This document shows positions 9,896 to 18,993 of a DNA stretch of 64,000 nucleotides, piece by piece (within the stretch, counting starts at the first letter, position 1; each line of letters starts with the position of its first letter). The notes beneath the pieces were generated by a model. That model was not told the DNA's origin and ran no database searches. It was given only the letters and a program-made list of their open reading frames with translations. Source of the DNA: a virus; IMG/VR virus record IMGVR_UViG_3300031993_000003; one strand, written 5' to 3'. The translations under genes were made by a program, and so were the position numbers.

Positions 9896-10279
9896 TTACT
9901 GGTCGCCCCAGCCAGCGAGCCAGTCTTCCGCCAGCGACGTGCAGTCCTTCTGGCACAGTTCCTTCTCCGGTACGCCCTTCCCGGTGTATTCCCCGGAAAT
10001 CCAGCGCTCGGCCAGCTCGTCAAGGATGTCCCAGCGAGCACCCATCCTGTCCGGGTGGTTGTCATCGGTATCGTTGTCTTCTTCAAGGTCGCCAAAAGAA
10101 AGATTTTCTTCCAGCATCATGGCCATCGCGGTGACCTTCGTGCTCCACTCGTCCCTGTCCATTCCCGGGTTGTTGCCCAGCACGTCAGCCAAGGTCGCCA
10201 TGTAGCCCTGCCCGCATACGCCCCACCACAGGCCGTTGTCACGGCAGGACTTGTCAAGTTCCTCGTTAGTCAGTTCCAT
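9896..10279 (-). CDS. acidic hypothetical protein
   Basis: SD and repeat. Confidence 0.75.
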   Translation of the reverse strand: MELTNEELDKSCRDNGLWWGVCGQGYMATLADVLGNNPGMDRDEWSTKVTAMAMMLEENLSFGDLEEDNDTDDNHPDRMGARWDILDELAERWISGEYTGKGVPEKELCQKDCTSLAEDWLAGWGDQ

Positions 10280-10410
10280 AGTAAGCCTCCTTTAGCTATA
10301 TGCCGTATCCTCCCGGAAATCCCCGGGGGCATCCCCCGGGAATCCCCGGTAGCTCCCGGTATATGCCGGGAAGACCCCGGGAGCATGTCCCGGAGCCTGC
10401 GTTCCCCTTC

Positions 10411-10554
10411 TCAGTACCTGAATATCCTCCCGCCCGTACGGGTGAAGACCTTCCCGGTGAACTCCGGTTCCTTCTTCGCCTTCTTCTTCGGCAGGGCGTC
10501 CGGGTGCTTCCCGTAGAACGCCCCGGCGATTGCCTTCATCTTCTGTTCGTCCAT
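10411..10554 (-). CDS. 47-aa basic peptide (not in ORF track)
   Basis: MDEQKMKAIAG...; SD AGGAGG and repeat. Confidence 0.6.
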   Translation of the reverse strand: MDEQKMKAIAGAFYGKHPDALPKKKAKKEPEFTGKVFTRTGGRIFRY

Positions 10555-10729
10555 GTCAGCCTCCTCTAGCTATTACAGGTATGTCTCCCGGCATGCACCG
10601 GGAGCATCCCCCGGGAGTTCCCGGTGGATTCCGCAACAAAAAATTTCTCCGGATGGGTTCCAGGCAGGTACCGGGAGGACTATCCGTGGTAGCCGCCGGT
10701 GCGTCCCCAGTCGTGGTATACCATACGCA

Positions 10730-11053
10730 TCACTTCACCCCCTTCTTGGAGGTAGCCACAGCGCTATCCGCGGTCTTCTTGGCCTTGGACTTGGCCGCCT
10801 TGGCTTCATCCTTGACGGCCTGCACGATGGCATCCTTGGCTTCGGTAGCCTGCTCGGCAATCACCTCGCCCGTGCCCTTCGCGCCCTCTATGGCCACGTC
10901 AACAACCGCGCTCGCGGCATCCCCGGCGACAGTAATCGCGAGCTTTCCCGCGGCACGCGCAGTCTCCTTGGCGGCCTCCCTGCTGTTGTCCCCGCACCCC
11001 GCCATGGTCACCATGGCAAGCACCGGGAGCATAAGTAAGAACATCTTCTTCAT
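10730..11053 (-). CDS. putative lipoprotein
   Basis: MKK, hydrophobic core, then lipobox-like MAG-C; Ala/Lys-rich body. Confidence 0.7.
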   Translation of the reverse strand: MKKMFLLMLPVLAMVTMAGCGDNSREAAKETARAAGKLAITVAGDAASAVVDVAIEGAKGTGEVIAEQATEAKDAIVQAVKDEAKAAKSKAKKTADSAVATSKKGVK

Positions 11054-11146
11054 GTTGCGGTCTCCTTTTATTAAAAAAATTTCCTATGCAGGTATCGCTA
11101 CGGGAAATCTCCCGGGGCATCCCCCGGGAGGAACCGGTGGATATCT

Positions 11147-11572
11147 CTAGAGCTGTTCGCCCCTCTTCTGCTCGCGGCCAGGTCCCCATGGAGTGCTCCA
11201 TTCCTCCTGAAGGCGCAGTTTCACTCGCTGTGCAGTAGTCAGCGGGGACTTGGAGATGCAGTGGTCCATCACCTTGGTGTACCCGTAGTACCCGTTGTGG
11301 TACCATTGGCGGTACACGAAGTACCCCGCTTCCTTTATGTCGGCTACGATGGCGTTCCAATGCTCCTCGGTAATCACGAACTTCTGTCCGTCTCTGTTGA
11401 ACTCCGTGACGCAACCCGCCCAGATATGGGAAGGCATGGGGGTATCGTCATAGGACTTGACCTCCCACTTCTTGGAGAAAATATAATCCTCCACCTTGTC
11501 AACTTCCTTGCGGAACTGCTTGGCGTTCTGCTCGGCGACCGTCTCCTGGTCAATATTGTTCTTTGGAATCAT
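11147..11572 (-). CDS. hypothetical protein
   Basis: SD and repeat. Confidence 0.75.
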   Translation of the reverse strand: MIPKNNIDQETVAEQNAKQFRKEVDKVEDYIFSKKWEVKSYDDTPMPSHIWAGCVTEFNRDGQKFVITEEHWNAIVADIKEAGYFVYRQWYHNGYYGYTKVMDHCISKSPLTTAQRVKLRLQEEWSTPWGPGREQKRGEQL

Positions 11573-11743
11573 AGCAACCTCCGTTTGTGTACATATATTA
11601 TGCCCCAGGTACCTCCCGGGAGCATCCCCCGGAACTCCCCGGTGGATACCGGGAGGTTCCCGCAGCGCCAGGGAATTCCGCCAGAAAGGAAACGGGGCCC
11701 ACCGGAAGGTTCCGGCAGGCCCCGTAAGGCAACAGAAAATTTT

Positions 11744-12295
11744 CTAGTCCACTATCCCGCCCCCGTAGAACTCGGACATGGTCAGCCCTCGGTAGATTCT
11801 CCTCTCTCGGTTAATCATCTTGCGGCCATACTTTGAGGTTCCCTCCATTTCCCACTTTATATTCGGGTCACGTTCCTCCTCGGGAGTTGCCGGACGCCAT
11901 ACCACCGCGGCATCCTCTGCTTCCTTGATGTGCTTGTGCGGCAAGTCCTTGGCGAGCATGGAGATGACGATGTTGGCGAGCGTATCGGGGGAATTGGTGA
12001 CGAACTGCCTTCTCACCACCTTGTACTTGTCTGTGCCCATGATGTCACCCACCCAAATCTGCCCCTCGGACATGGAGTAGATGGCGTTCCTCCACTTGTC
12101 CATGCAGTCGGTGTCCACCACTACCTTTCCCTCTTCAGACATGGGCTTAACCACGAAGAAGATGTGGCTCTCGGGGAAGGTGTTGCGAATCCTGCGCGCG
12201 AGGTCTTCAGCGTCAGTCACCTGTTGGTGCTCGCTGTCAGCGGTAAAAACGATGTTTCCATAACGCTTGTAGACCGAAAGAGTATCTTGTGCCAT
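11744..12295 (-). CDS. hypothetical protein
   Basis: start at the ATG after GGAGG. Confidence 0.75.
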   Translation of the reverse strand: MAQDTLSVYKRYGNIVFTADSEHQQVTDAEDLARRIRNTFPESHIFFVVKPMSEEGKVVVDTDCMDKWRNAIYSMSEGQIWVGDIMGTDKYKVVRRQFVTNSPDTLANIVISMLAKDLPHKHIKEAEDAAVVWRPATPEEERDPNIKWEMEGTSKYGRKMINRERRIYRGLTMSEFYGGGIVD

Positions 12296-12479
12296 AGTAA
12301 CCTCCGTTGTTGGCACATATATTATGTCTCCCGCAGTCTCCCGTGGCATCCCCCGGGAGATACCGGTGGCAACCGGCTCCTACCGGAAGACGCACCGGAA
12401 CCCCCTCGGGCTGTGCCGGAGGGGGCGAACGGGATAGGCCTCCCGAGGGGTATCGGGAGGACTACCTATACTGGTATCG

Positions 12480-12677
12480 CTACCATCTTCGCCATGCGGT
12501 CTTGATGACGGCCGCATAGAACGTCACGAGGACAACCACCCACGAGACCCCGAGCTCGATGGTGTCACCCGAGAACGCCCACGTGCCGTTGGCGAGGGCG
12601 ACTGCCGTGATTGCGGTCTCGCCTACGAGGGCGAGGGTGAAGGCGGTCAGCACCGCCACGATGAGTGTCTTGAACAT
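12480..12677 (-). CDS. small two-TM membrane protein
   Basis: two hydrophobic segments; paralog of 16937-17212. Confidence 0.7.
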   Translation of the reverse strand: MFKTLIVAVLTAFTLALVGETAITAVALANGTWAFSGDTIELGVSWVVVLVTFYAAVIKTAWRRW

Positions 12678-12839
12678 AGGCAACCTACCTTTCAGTTCTG
12701 CGGGTTTCTTGGGCAACCCGATATAGCCCTTTCCTATACACTATATGCACACCGGAACCTCCCGCAGGCATCCCCCGGGCAATCCCGGTAGATACCGCGG
12801 AGGTAACCGGCCGGCACCTGAAGGAACCGGCAGGAACCG

Positions 12840-13082
12840 CTATGCGTCCATGGTGACCCGCAGGCAGTCCATCAGTCTCTCCTCGTTGCTCTTGTGCAGG
12901 GCAACGTAATCCGCAACAAGCTCCTCAATTAGATGCCTTGCCTTATCCACGATGGACTTGGGGGCGTAGATGCCACAGAGGTACTCAAGCCGGTCGCAGT
13001 GGCGTTCTATCAGCGTGGCGAGCTCGTCCTCACGGGCGAGGGAATCGGTGAAAGTGGCGAGCGTTGTGTTCTTGTTTGCCAT
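12840..13082 (-). CDS. hypothetical protein
   Basis: SD AAGGAG; sigma70-like TTTACA-17-GATAAT upstream. Confidence 0.7.
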   Translation of the reverse strand: MANKNTTLATFTDSLAREDELATLIERHCDRLEYLCGIYAPKSIVDKARHLIEELVADYVALHKSNEERLMDCLRVTMDA

Positions 13083-13390
13083 GGTTGTCTCCTTTGTTTG
13101 GCGTTCATTAATATTATCGTTCAAGCTCGGCAGGGTGTAAAGGACTTTTTTTTAATTTTTTTCCTCTAAGCTCTAACCGCCCTTCTACTCTATATATCGC
13201 CTAGCGTAGCATATTTGTAAAGCGAAGTCAACCATATTTTTGTAAAGTTTGATTTACACGGAATGCATCCCCCGGAACTTCCCGGTAGGTAACCGGGAGC
13301 AGCCCGCGTCTTCCGGTACCCTCCTGTCTGAAGCAAACGGGAAAGCCCCCGGTAACTGCCGGGGGCTTCCGTTGAGAGGTAGGTAAGTGT

Positions 13391-13693
13391 CTACTTGGCC
13401 ACGCGGAGCGTCTCCCCGCATCCCGTGAACCATGGCGGGTTGTTCACGGCTTCGTCCCAGCGGAATCCGCCTTCCTTGACGACCTGCTCCAGCTCGTCAG
13501 CGGTCAGGTTGGCGGCATCGTCAGTGGATTCCGTTGCGCCAAGCTCGGAAGAGACCACGAAGAACCCGCCACCGTCATAGTCGTACATCAGCTTCATCCC
13601 GAGGTCTGCGAGCGCCGCGTTGAAGTCGTTCCACAGGGAAACAGCCGCCTTCCTCTGCTCTTCAGTCACGTGTTTAAAAATTTTTCCTGCCAT
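13391..13693 (-). CDS. hypothetical protein
   Basis: SD and repeat. Confidence 0.7.
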   Translation of the reverse strand: MAGKIFKHVTEEQRKAAVSLWNDFNAALADLGMKLMYDYDGGGFFVVSSELGATESTDDAANLTADELEQVVKEGGFRWDEAVNNPPWFTGCGETLRVAK

Positions 13694-13861
13694 GGTAGCC
13701 TCCCGTGTTGTACATATATTATGTCTCCCGGAAATCCCCGGGAGCATCCCCCGGAACTTCCCGGTGGATACCTCCAGCCCCGGCTGCTCCAGGACTGCTC
13801 CGCCAGAAAAAAGAAAACCTCCCGGATATTTCCGGGAGGTTCCGCAGGGCAGGTAAAAATG

Positions 13862-14344
13862 TCATTTCATGTTCAGCACGCGCTCCTTCGGGGTCTTCAC
13901 GAAGTTCTCCCCGACAATTCCCGCTAGCGCGTCCTCGTCAATCCCAGCGACCTTCATCGCCTGCGTTGGCGTCAGCCCCACGGCGAACTCGGCCACGTCC
14001 TTGCCGTACTCGGCGGCGAGCGCCCTCGCGGCCGCCACCCCGTCCGTGAACTTGAGCTGGTACGTCTGCTTCTCCCACGAAGCACACGCCGGGAGATGCT
14101 CGGGGTCTACCTTCATGCACTGCTTGAAGCCCTCCTTGATGCTCTCGGCCACCACCTCGCACCACCTCATGTACTCCCACAGGTCGCGGAAGTCATCGTC
14201 CATCCCCGCACGCGTGTCGGAATACGCGGGGTCGTCCTTAGCCACCTCGGTCAGGAAACGGTAAGCCCTCATCGCACCCTCGGTCAATGCGGACGGATTT
14301 ATGATGTAGTCTAGCGGTTGGATAAAAATTTCTTTCCTTGCCAT
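13862..14344 (-). CDS. hypothetical protein
   Basis: repeat upstream, terminator downstream. Confidence 0.75.
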   Translation of the reverse strand: MARKEIFIQPLDYIINPSALTEGAMRAYRFLTEVAKDDPAYSDTRAGMDDDFRDLWEYMRWCEVVAESIKEGFKQCMKVDPEHLPACASWEKQTYQLKFTDGVAAARALAAEYGKDVAEFAVGLTPTQAMKVAGIDEDALAGIVGENFVKTPKERVLNMK

Positions 14345-14513
14345 AGTGCTTACCTCTCTTTACATATATTATGTCTCCCGGAAGTCCCCGGGAGCATCCC
14401 CCGGGAACCCCCGGTAGATACCGTCCAATCCGGCTGCAACCGGTACCTTCAGTCCAGAAAAAAGAAAACCTCCCGGACAATTCCGGGAGGTTCCGCAGGG
14501 CAGGTAAAATGTC

Positions 14514-14894
14514 CTAGAGGTTCTCGAGCTCCTCCTCTACGAGCTCCCTCTGCATGTCAGTCCATATGGAGGAGAACATCGGCGCCATCATGTTGACCCG
14601 GACGCAGTTCACCACGTCCTGCGGCCCTCCCGAGACCATGCCGCTTATCAGGTTCAGCCCGGCCACCTTGCCCGTGTGCATGGCCAGGTACAGCGGGATT
14701 CGGTTCCCGCATTCCGGGTAGCGCTCGTAGAGCCTGCGCAGTATGTACCTGTCACGCTCCAGCGCCTTCTCTATGCCGGAAATCACGTTGCCGAGCGGCT
14801 TGCCGTCGTTCTTCGCACGGATGTCCTCGAATTCCTCGGCCATTCCGTCCACTATCCCGTCAAGTTCCATCTTCTCGTCTTCGCTAAGTGCCAT
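14514..14894 (-). CDS. hypothetical protein
   Basis: repeat upstream, terminator downstream. Confidence 0.75.
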   Translation of the reverse strand: MALSEDEKMELDGIVDGMAEEFEDIRAKNDGKPLGNVISGIEKALERDRYILRRLYERYPECGNRIPLYLAMHTGKVAGLNLISGMVSGGPQDVVNCVRVNMMAPMFSSIWTDMQRELVEEELENL

Positions 14895-14993
14895 ATCTTA
14901 CCTGCCTTTCCTTGCCGTGAAGCCCATTCCTCCCGGCTCAGTCCCTATACCTCCCGGTAAACCCACGGAGCATCCCCCGGAAGTCCCCGGTAG

Positions 14994-15290
14994 CTACCCC
15001 GTAACCAGCGCGTCGAACAGGTTCTGGTGGTAGGAGGTCGTCCTGCTCCAGTTACCGAGCCGCACAGTCCGGTCACCCCTCACGATGCTCACGATGGTGC
15101 TGTAGGATTGCAGGCAACGTACACCGTTGGCGCTGTCGTACACCTCCCATGCATGCCCCGCCCCGTGGAAGGAACCCCTGCCCGTCTCTACCTCGCGGAC
15201 AACCTCGAAATGCGGCGCCGGATGTCCCTCGGCCAGCATGCTCTCGTATGCCGAATGCTCAAACGGATATGTCCATGTATGCCTTGCCAT
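14994..15290 (-). CDS. hypothetical phage protein (SYxT...GxWSxTTxxHQ motif)
   Basis: paralog of 17889-18179. Confidence 0.75.
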   Translation of the reverse strand: MARHTWTYPFEHSAYESMLAEGHPAPHFEVVREVETGRGSFHGAGHAWEVYDSANGVRCLQSYSTIVSIVRGDRTVRLGNWSRTTSYHQNLFDALVTG

Positions 15291-15457
15291 GATTCACCTG
15301 CCTTTTACACCTATATCCTCCCGGTTCCTCCCGGGAGCATCCCCCGGGAAATCCCGGTAGATGCCGCAAAGTCCAGCTGCCTTCCAGGGCCATGACTGAA
15401 GAAAAAAAGAAAACCTCCCGGGATTTTCCGGGAGGTTCCGCAGGGCAGGTAAAAATT

Positions 15458-16069
15458 CTATCGGTTGATGCTACTATCGAAGACGTACGGGTCAATCCGG
15501 CACATGCTTGTAACCCCGCACTTTCCCACCACTATGTGGTCAAGTACCGGAATCTTCATTATTTTACCGGCAGAGCAGAGCTCGCGGGTGATTCCCCAGT
15601 CCTGCGTGCTCGGTTCCGTCGAGCCGCTCGGGTGGTTGTGTGCGACAATTATGCTCACCGCGTTGTCCAGCAGGGCGACACGGAACACCTCCCGGGGGGC
15701 GACCTGGGTCTGGTTCACCAGCCCCACCGTCACCTCGTGCGTCCCGATTACGTGGTTCACCGAGTCAAGGGTCAGCACCACGAAGCGCTCCTGCGTGGAG
15801 AACTTCAGCCCGCAGAGGTACGGCATCGCGTCGTCGGGGTTCACCACCTCCCTCGCCTGCGTGCCCACCACGTAGCGGGCGGAAAGCTCGCAACAGGCGA
15901 TTATCTTGTCCGCCGTGCTCCCGCCTACGCCGCGGAACCTCATCAGCTCATCGCGGCTCGGTATGGTGCTACGGCTCGCCAGGTAGTCAGTCACCTGCCG
16001 GGCGAGCACCACGTCGCCCAACACTGCCCCGAAAAGCCTTTCTGTCTTCTGTGCGTTCTCGATATCCAT
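15458..16069 (-). CDS. radC: RadC-like JAB/MPN domain protein
   Basis: HhH-like GVG, QERF, PREVF, HNHPSG...PS..D and LDHIVVG. Confidence 0.9.
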   Translation of the reverse strand: MDIENAQKTERLFGAVLGDVVLARQVTDYLASRSTIPSRDELMRFRGVGGSTADKIIACCELSARYVVGTQAREVVNPDDAMPYLCGLKFSTQERFVVLTLDSVNHVIGTHEVTVGLVNQTQVAPREVFRVALLDNAVSIIVAHNHPSGSTEPSTQDWGITRELCSAGKIMKIPVLDHIVVGKCGVTSMCRIDPYVFDSSINR

Positions 16070-16455
16070 AGTCTTACCTCTCTATACCCCTTATACACCC
16101 CGGTACCTCCCGGGAGCATCCCCCGGAAGTCCCCGGTAGATTCCCCGGGAAGACACTGGCGCTGTCCTGGTACCGGTCCAGGAAAACATATGGAACCTTA
16201 TCCGTGGTATCCGCCTATCCTGCCGAACCCGGCCTCAACCGTGTAGTGTCTCTTGGCAATGCCGCCCGCGTTCTTGTACATGTTCCACTCTCCTGTTTTT
16301 AAATTGTTCTCCCGGGCTATCCGGAAAGTCCATTCCCCGGTGCATCCCCCGGACGTTCCCGGTGCCTGCCGGGATATCCAGCTGCATCCTCCTGGACGCC
16401 AACTGCCAGGCATAAGGGAAACCTCCCGGAATTCTCCGGGAGGCTCCTTGGCAGG

Positions 16456-16755
16456 TCAAATGTCCGTCACCCTCGCGTACTCGGCGAGCACCTTTTCCTC
16501 CACGTACGCCTTCAGTGCTGCGTCCTCAGGCTTGACGACACTGCGGATGTCCTCCCCCCTGTAGAACGGGTCAAGGGGGTAACTCACGAAAAGACCGTCG
16601 GTCCCATCCATAACCCTGAGACCCCGTACCGTCAGCGAGCCGTTGAACGTCACTACGGCCAAAGCCTTGAGGTGACCAAGGTCTTCCTTGAACGGGAACA
16701 CGCGCACCTCGGTCAGTATGAGCCCGTTAACTCCTTCAAAAATGTTTTCTGCCAT
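16456..16755 (-). CDS. spoVG: SpoVG family nucleic-acid-binding protein
   Basis: TEVRVFP...LKALA.V.F...VRGLRVMDG..GLFVSYP. Confidence 0.85.
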   Translation of the reverse strand: MAENIFEGVNGLILTEVRVFPFKEDLGHLKALAVVTFNGSLTVRGLRVMDGTDGLFVSYPLDPFYRGEDIRSVVKPEDAALKAYVEEKVLAEYARVTDI

Positions 16756-16936
16756 GCTATACCTGCCTTTTCCTTGTAATTTCCTTATCTTCCACAGAAT
16801 ATCCCGGGAGCATCCCCCGGAAGTCCCCGGTAGATACCGTCATCACCAGCTGCCAGACTCAGGGCCCGTACCGGGATGAACAGGTAAGCCCCCGGGTATT
16901 ACCCGGGGGCTTCCGTCCTTCTCCTTCAATTTTCCC

Positions 16937-17212
16937 CTATTCCTCTTCAGTCTCCTCTTCTGTCTCCTCTTCAGTCTCCTCCTCGGTTTCCTCGTCATCC
17001 GGCCAGTCAGTAGGGGCATCCCACTTGATTACCGGGGTGAACACCGTCTTCACCACGCTCGCCACGAACACCGCGAGCACGACCCCCCATGCCACGCAGA
17101 GCTCTATCACGGAACCGATGTCCACCATCTTTCCCGTGGCGAACAGCACCGTCTCGGCAACTAGCGCCACCGTGAACGCCCCGAGAACTCCCATTGTCAA
17201 TACCTTGCGCAT
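16937..17212 (-). CDS. two-TM membrane protein with (EEET)n acidic tail
   Basis: AFTxALVxET and IELxVxW shared with 12480-12677. Confidence 0.75.
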   Translation of the reverse strand: MRKVLTMGVLGAFTVALVAETVLFATGKMVDIGSVIELCVAWGVVLAVFVASVVKTVFTPVIKWDAPTDWPDDEETEEETEEETEEETEEE

Positions 17213-17369
17213 ACCTTACCTGCCTTTCATTTCCACAAGCGATTCATTTCCCTTGCTTATACCCTATGCCTCCCGGAACCCCCCGGGAGCATCCCCCGGA
17301 AGTCCCCGGTAGATACCTTACTCCCCACTGGCCCGCGGCCGGCGTCATCCAGGACAGGATACGGAAAAG

Positions 17370-17532
17370 CCCCCGGGAGCATCCCCCGGAAGTCCCCGGT
17401 AGATACCTAGATGTCCAGCTGCTTCCAGGGACCTGACGCGGGCCCGGGAACCTCCCGGAACCCCCCGGGAGCATCCCCCGGAAGTCCCCGGTAGATACCT
17501 AGATGTCCAGCTGCTTCCAGGGACCTGACGCG
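17370..17532. repeat. near-tandem ~72-bp duplication of empty repeat units
   Basis: CCCCCGGGAGCATCCCCCGGAAGTCCCCGGTAGATACCTAGATGTCCAGCTGCTTCCAGGGACCTGACGCGG occurs twice. Confidence 0.9.
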
Positions 17533-17548
17533 GCAACCGGTCCTATAT

Positions 17549-17610
17549 AAAAAAAAAGAAGGGAGCGGAACACTGTCCGCTCCCCGAACCTTTAACGAAA
17601 GGAGATATCC
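17549..17610 (-). ncRNA. candidate ~60-nt small RNA carrying an anti-SD-like sequence
   Basis: lies between a TTGACA-17-TATATT promoter and an intrinsic terminator; no plausible ORF. Confidence 0.55.
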
Positions 17611-17612
17611 AT

Positions 17613-17641
17613 AATATAGCAAATATCTTCATCTTTGTCAA
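17613..17641 (-). promoter_or_regulatory. sigma70-type promoter with extended -10
   Basis: TTGACA (17641-17636), 17-nt spacer ending TGC, TATATT (17618-17613). Confidence 0.75.
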
Positions 17642-17888
17642 GTCAAAAAGCGGAAGTTTTTATTATACTGCTCGCCTGTGCACCATATTAAAAACTTATC
17701 CGTGATATCCGCCGACCCGAATAAATCCGTTTTCCCAGCTGAATCCCTTCATATTTAACTCCTTTTTTTAAGTTCTCCCCGCCTATCCGGTAACCCAACC
17801 TCCCGGAGCATCCCCCGGATGTCCCCGGTAGCTCCCGGCAATTCCCCGCATGCAGCAGGAAGGGGGCCGTCGCCGACCCCCTCAGTCC

Positions 17889-18179
17889 CTACGAGACGCT
17901 GTCCTCGAACAGTCCCTGGTGCCGCGTCGTGGTCATGGACCACTTCCCGAGATGCTTCACCCTGCCGCCGATGCACACCGAGACCACCGTCCTGTAGCTA
18001 ACGCAGCACCATGCCCCGTTCGCCCTGTCGTACACCTTCCAGCAAGGAGTGCCCCTCTTCAGACGCTCCGGAGTCCCCCACTCGGGTTCCTTCGGGTTGT
18101 CCAAGGCCGCCATGTACGCCCCGTATTCACTCGGGCCGAATTCCACGCTCCTGCCCTCGCCCATGCAATACCATGTCAT
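17889..18179 (-). CDS. hypothetical phage protein
   Basis: paralog of 14994-15290. Confidence 0.75.
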   Translation of the reverse strand: MTWYCMGEGRSVEFGPSEYGAYMAALDNPKEPEWGTPERLKRGTPCWKVYDRANGAWCCVSYRTVVSVCIGGRVKHLGKWSMTTTRHQGLFEDSVS

Positions 18180-18341
18180 ATCTTACCTGCCTTTCCTTGT
18201 CAAGCGCTTCATTGCCCCTTGACATACTCCCTATACCTCCAGGAACCCCCCGGGAGCATCCCCCGGATATTCCCGGTAGATACCGGAGCAGGCCCCCGGG
18301 ATTCCCCGGGAGCCCGCCTGGCAGGCACTATGCAAATCCCC

Positions 18342-18674
18342 CTACTTCCACGCGATGTCCTCCATGAGCCCGTCGAGCAGCTCCGCCACGTACTTCTCCA
18401 CGTCCTCGGCGGGTACCTTCGCAACGTCAAGCAGGCGCAACCCGCTGGACGCAACCACGCGCCCGTCCGAAGACAGCTCCATGTACGCCTTCTTGCCACC
18501 CTTGTAGAACTCCATGCTACGGCCAGTCGCCGACATGGACGTTATCACCGCAACGTCCCCGCTACGCACGCACGAGATGTTCTCCTCGCCCGCGAACTCC
18601 TCGCACACCGGCAACTCCGCCGACATCGCCATCGCCGCAAGGCCGAGACCCGCAATCACCGCTATGTTCCTCAT
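18342..18674 (-). CDS. putative exported protein
   Basis: signal peptide MRNIAVIAGLGLAAMAMSA. Confidence 0.7.
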   Translation of the reverse strand: MRNIAVIAGLGLAAMAMSAELPVCEEFAGEENISCVRSGDVAVITSMSATGRSMEFYKGGKKAYMELSSDGRVVASSGLRLLDVAKVPAEDVEKYVAELLDGLMEDIAWK

Positions 18675-18891
18675 GCCATACCTGCCTTTTCCTTCGTCGG
18701 CAAGACCATTCCCGCCGACATGCCACCTATGCCTCCCGGTTCCTCCCCGGTGCATCCCCCGGGAATCCCCGGTAGATTCCCCCGGACACCCACTGGCGCC
18801 TCCAGGTTCCCTTCAGGCAGTTCCGCCTGCATTTACGGAGGAACCCTCCCGGGGGGTACCGGGAGGGTTCCTTGGACATCGGCCGCAAGAC

Positions 18892-18993
18892 CTAATCGTC
18901 CTTGCCTGGCTCAGTCCAGCTGTCCTGCGGAACGAACGCAGAGTTCAGCATGACGAGAACCGCGAAGCCGAGCAACACCAATACGACGTACAT
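18892..18993 (-). CDS. 33-aa hydrophobic peptide (not in ORF track)
   Basis: MYVVLVLLGFAVLVML...; same AAAGGCAGGT leader as its neighbours. Confidence 0.5.
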   Translation of the reverse strand: MYVVLVLLGFAVLVMLNSAFVPQDSWTEPGKDD

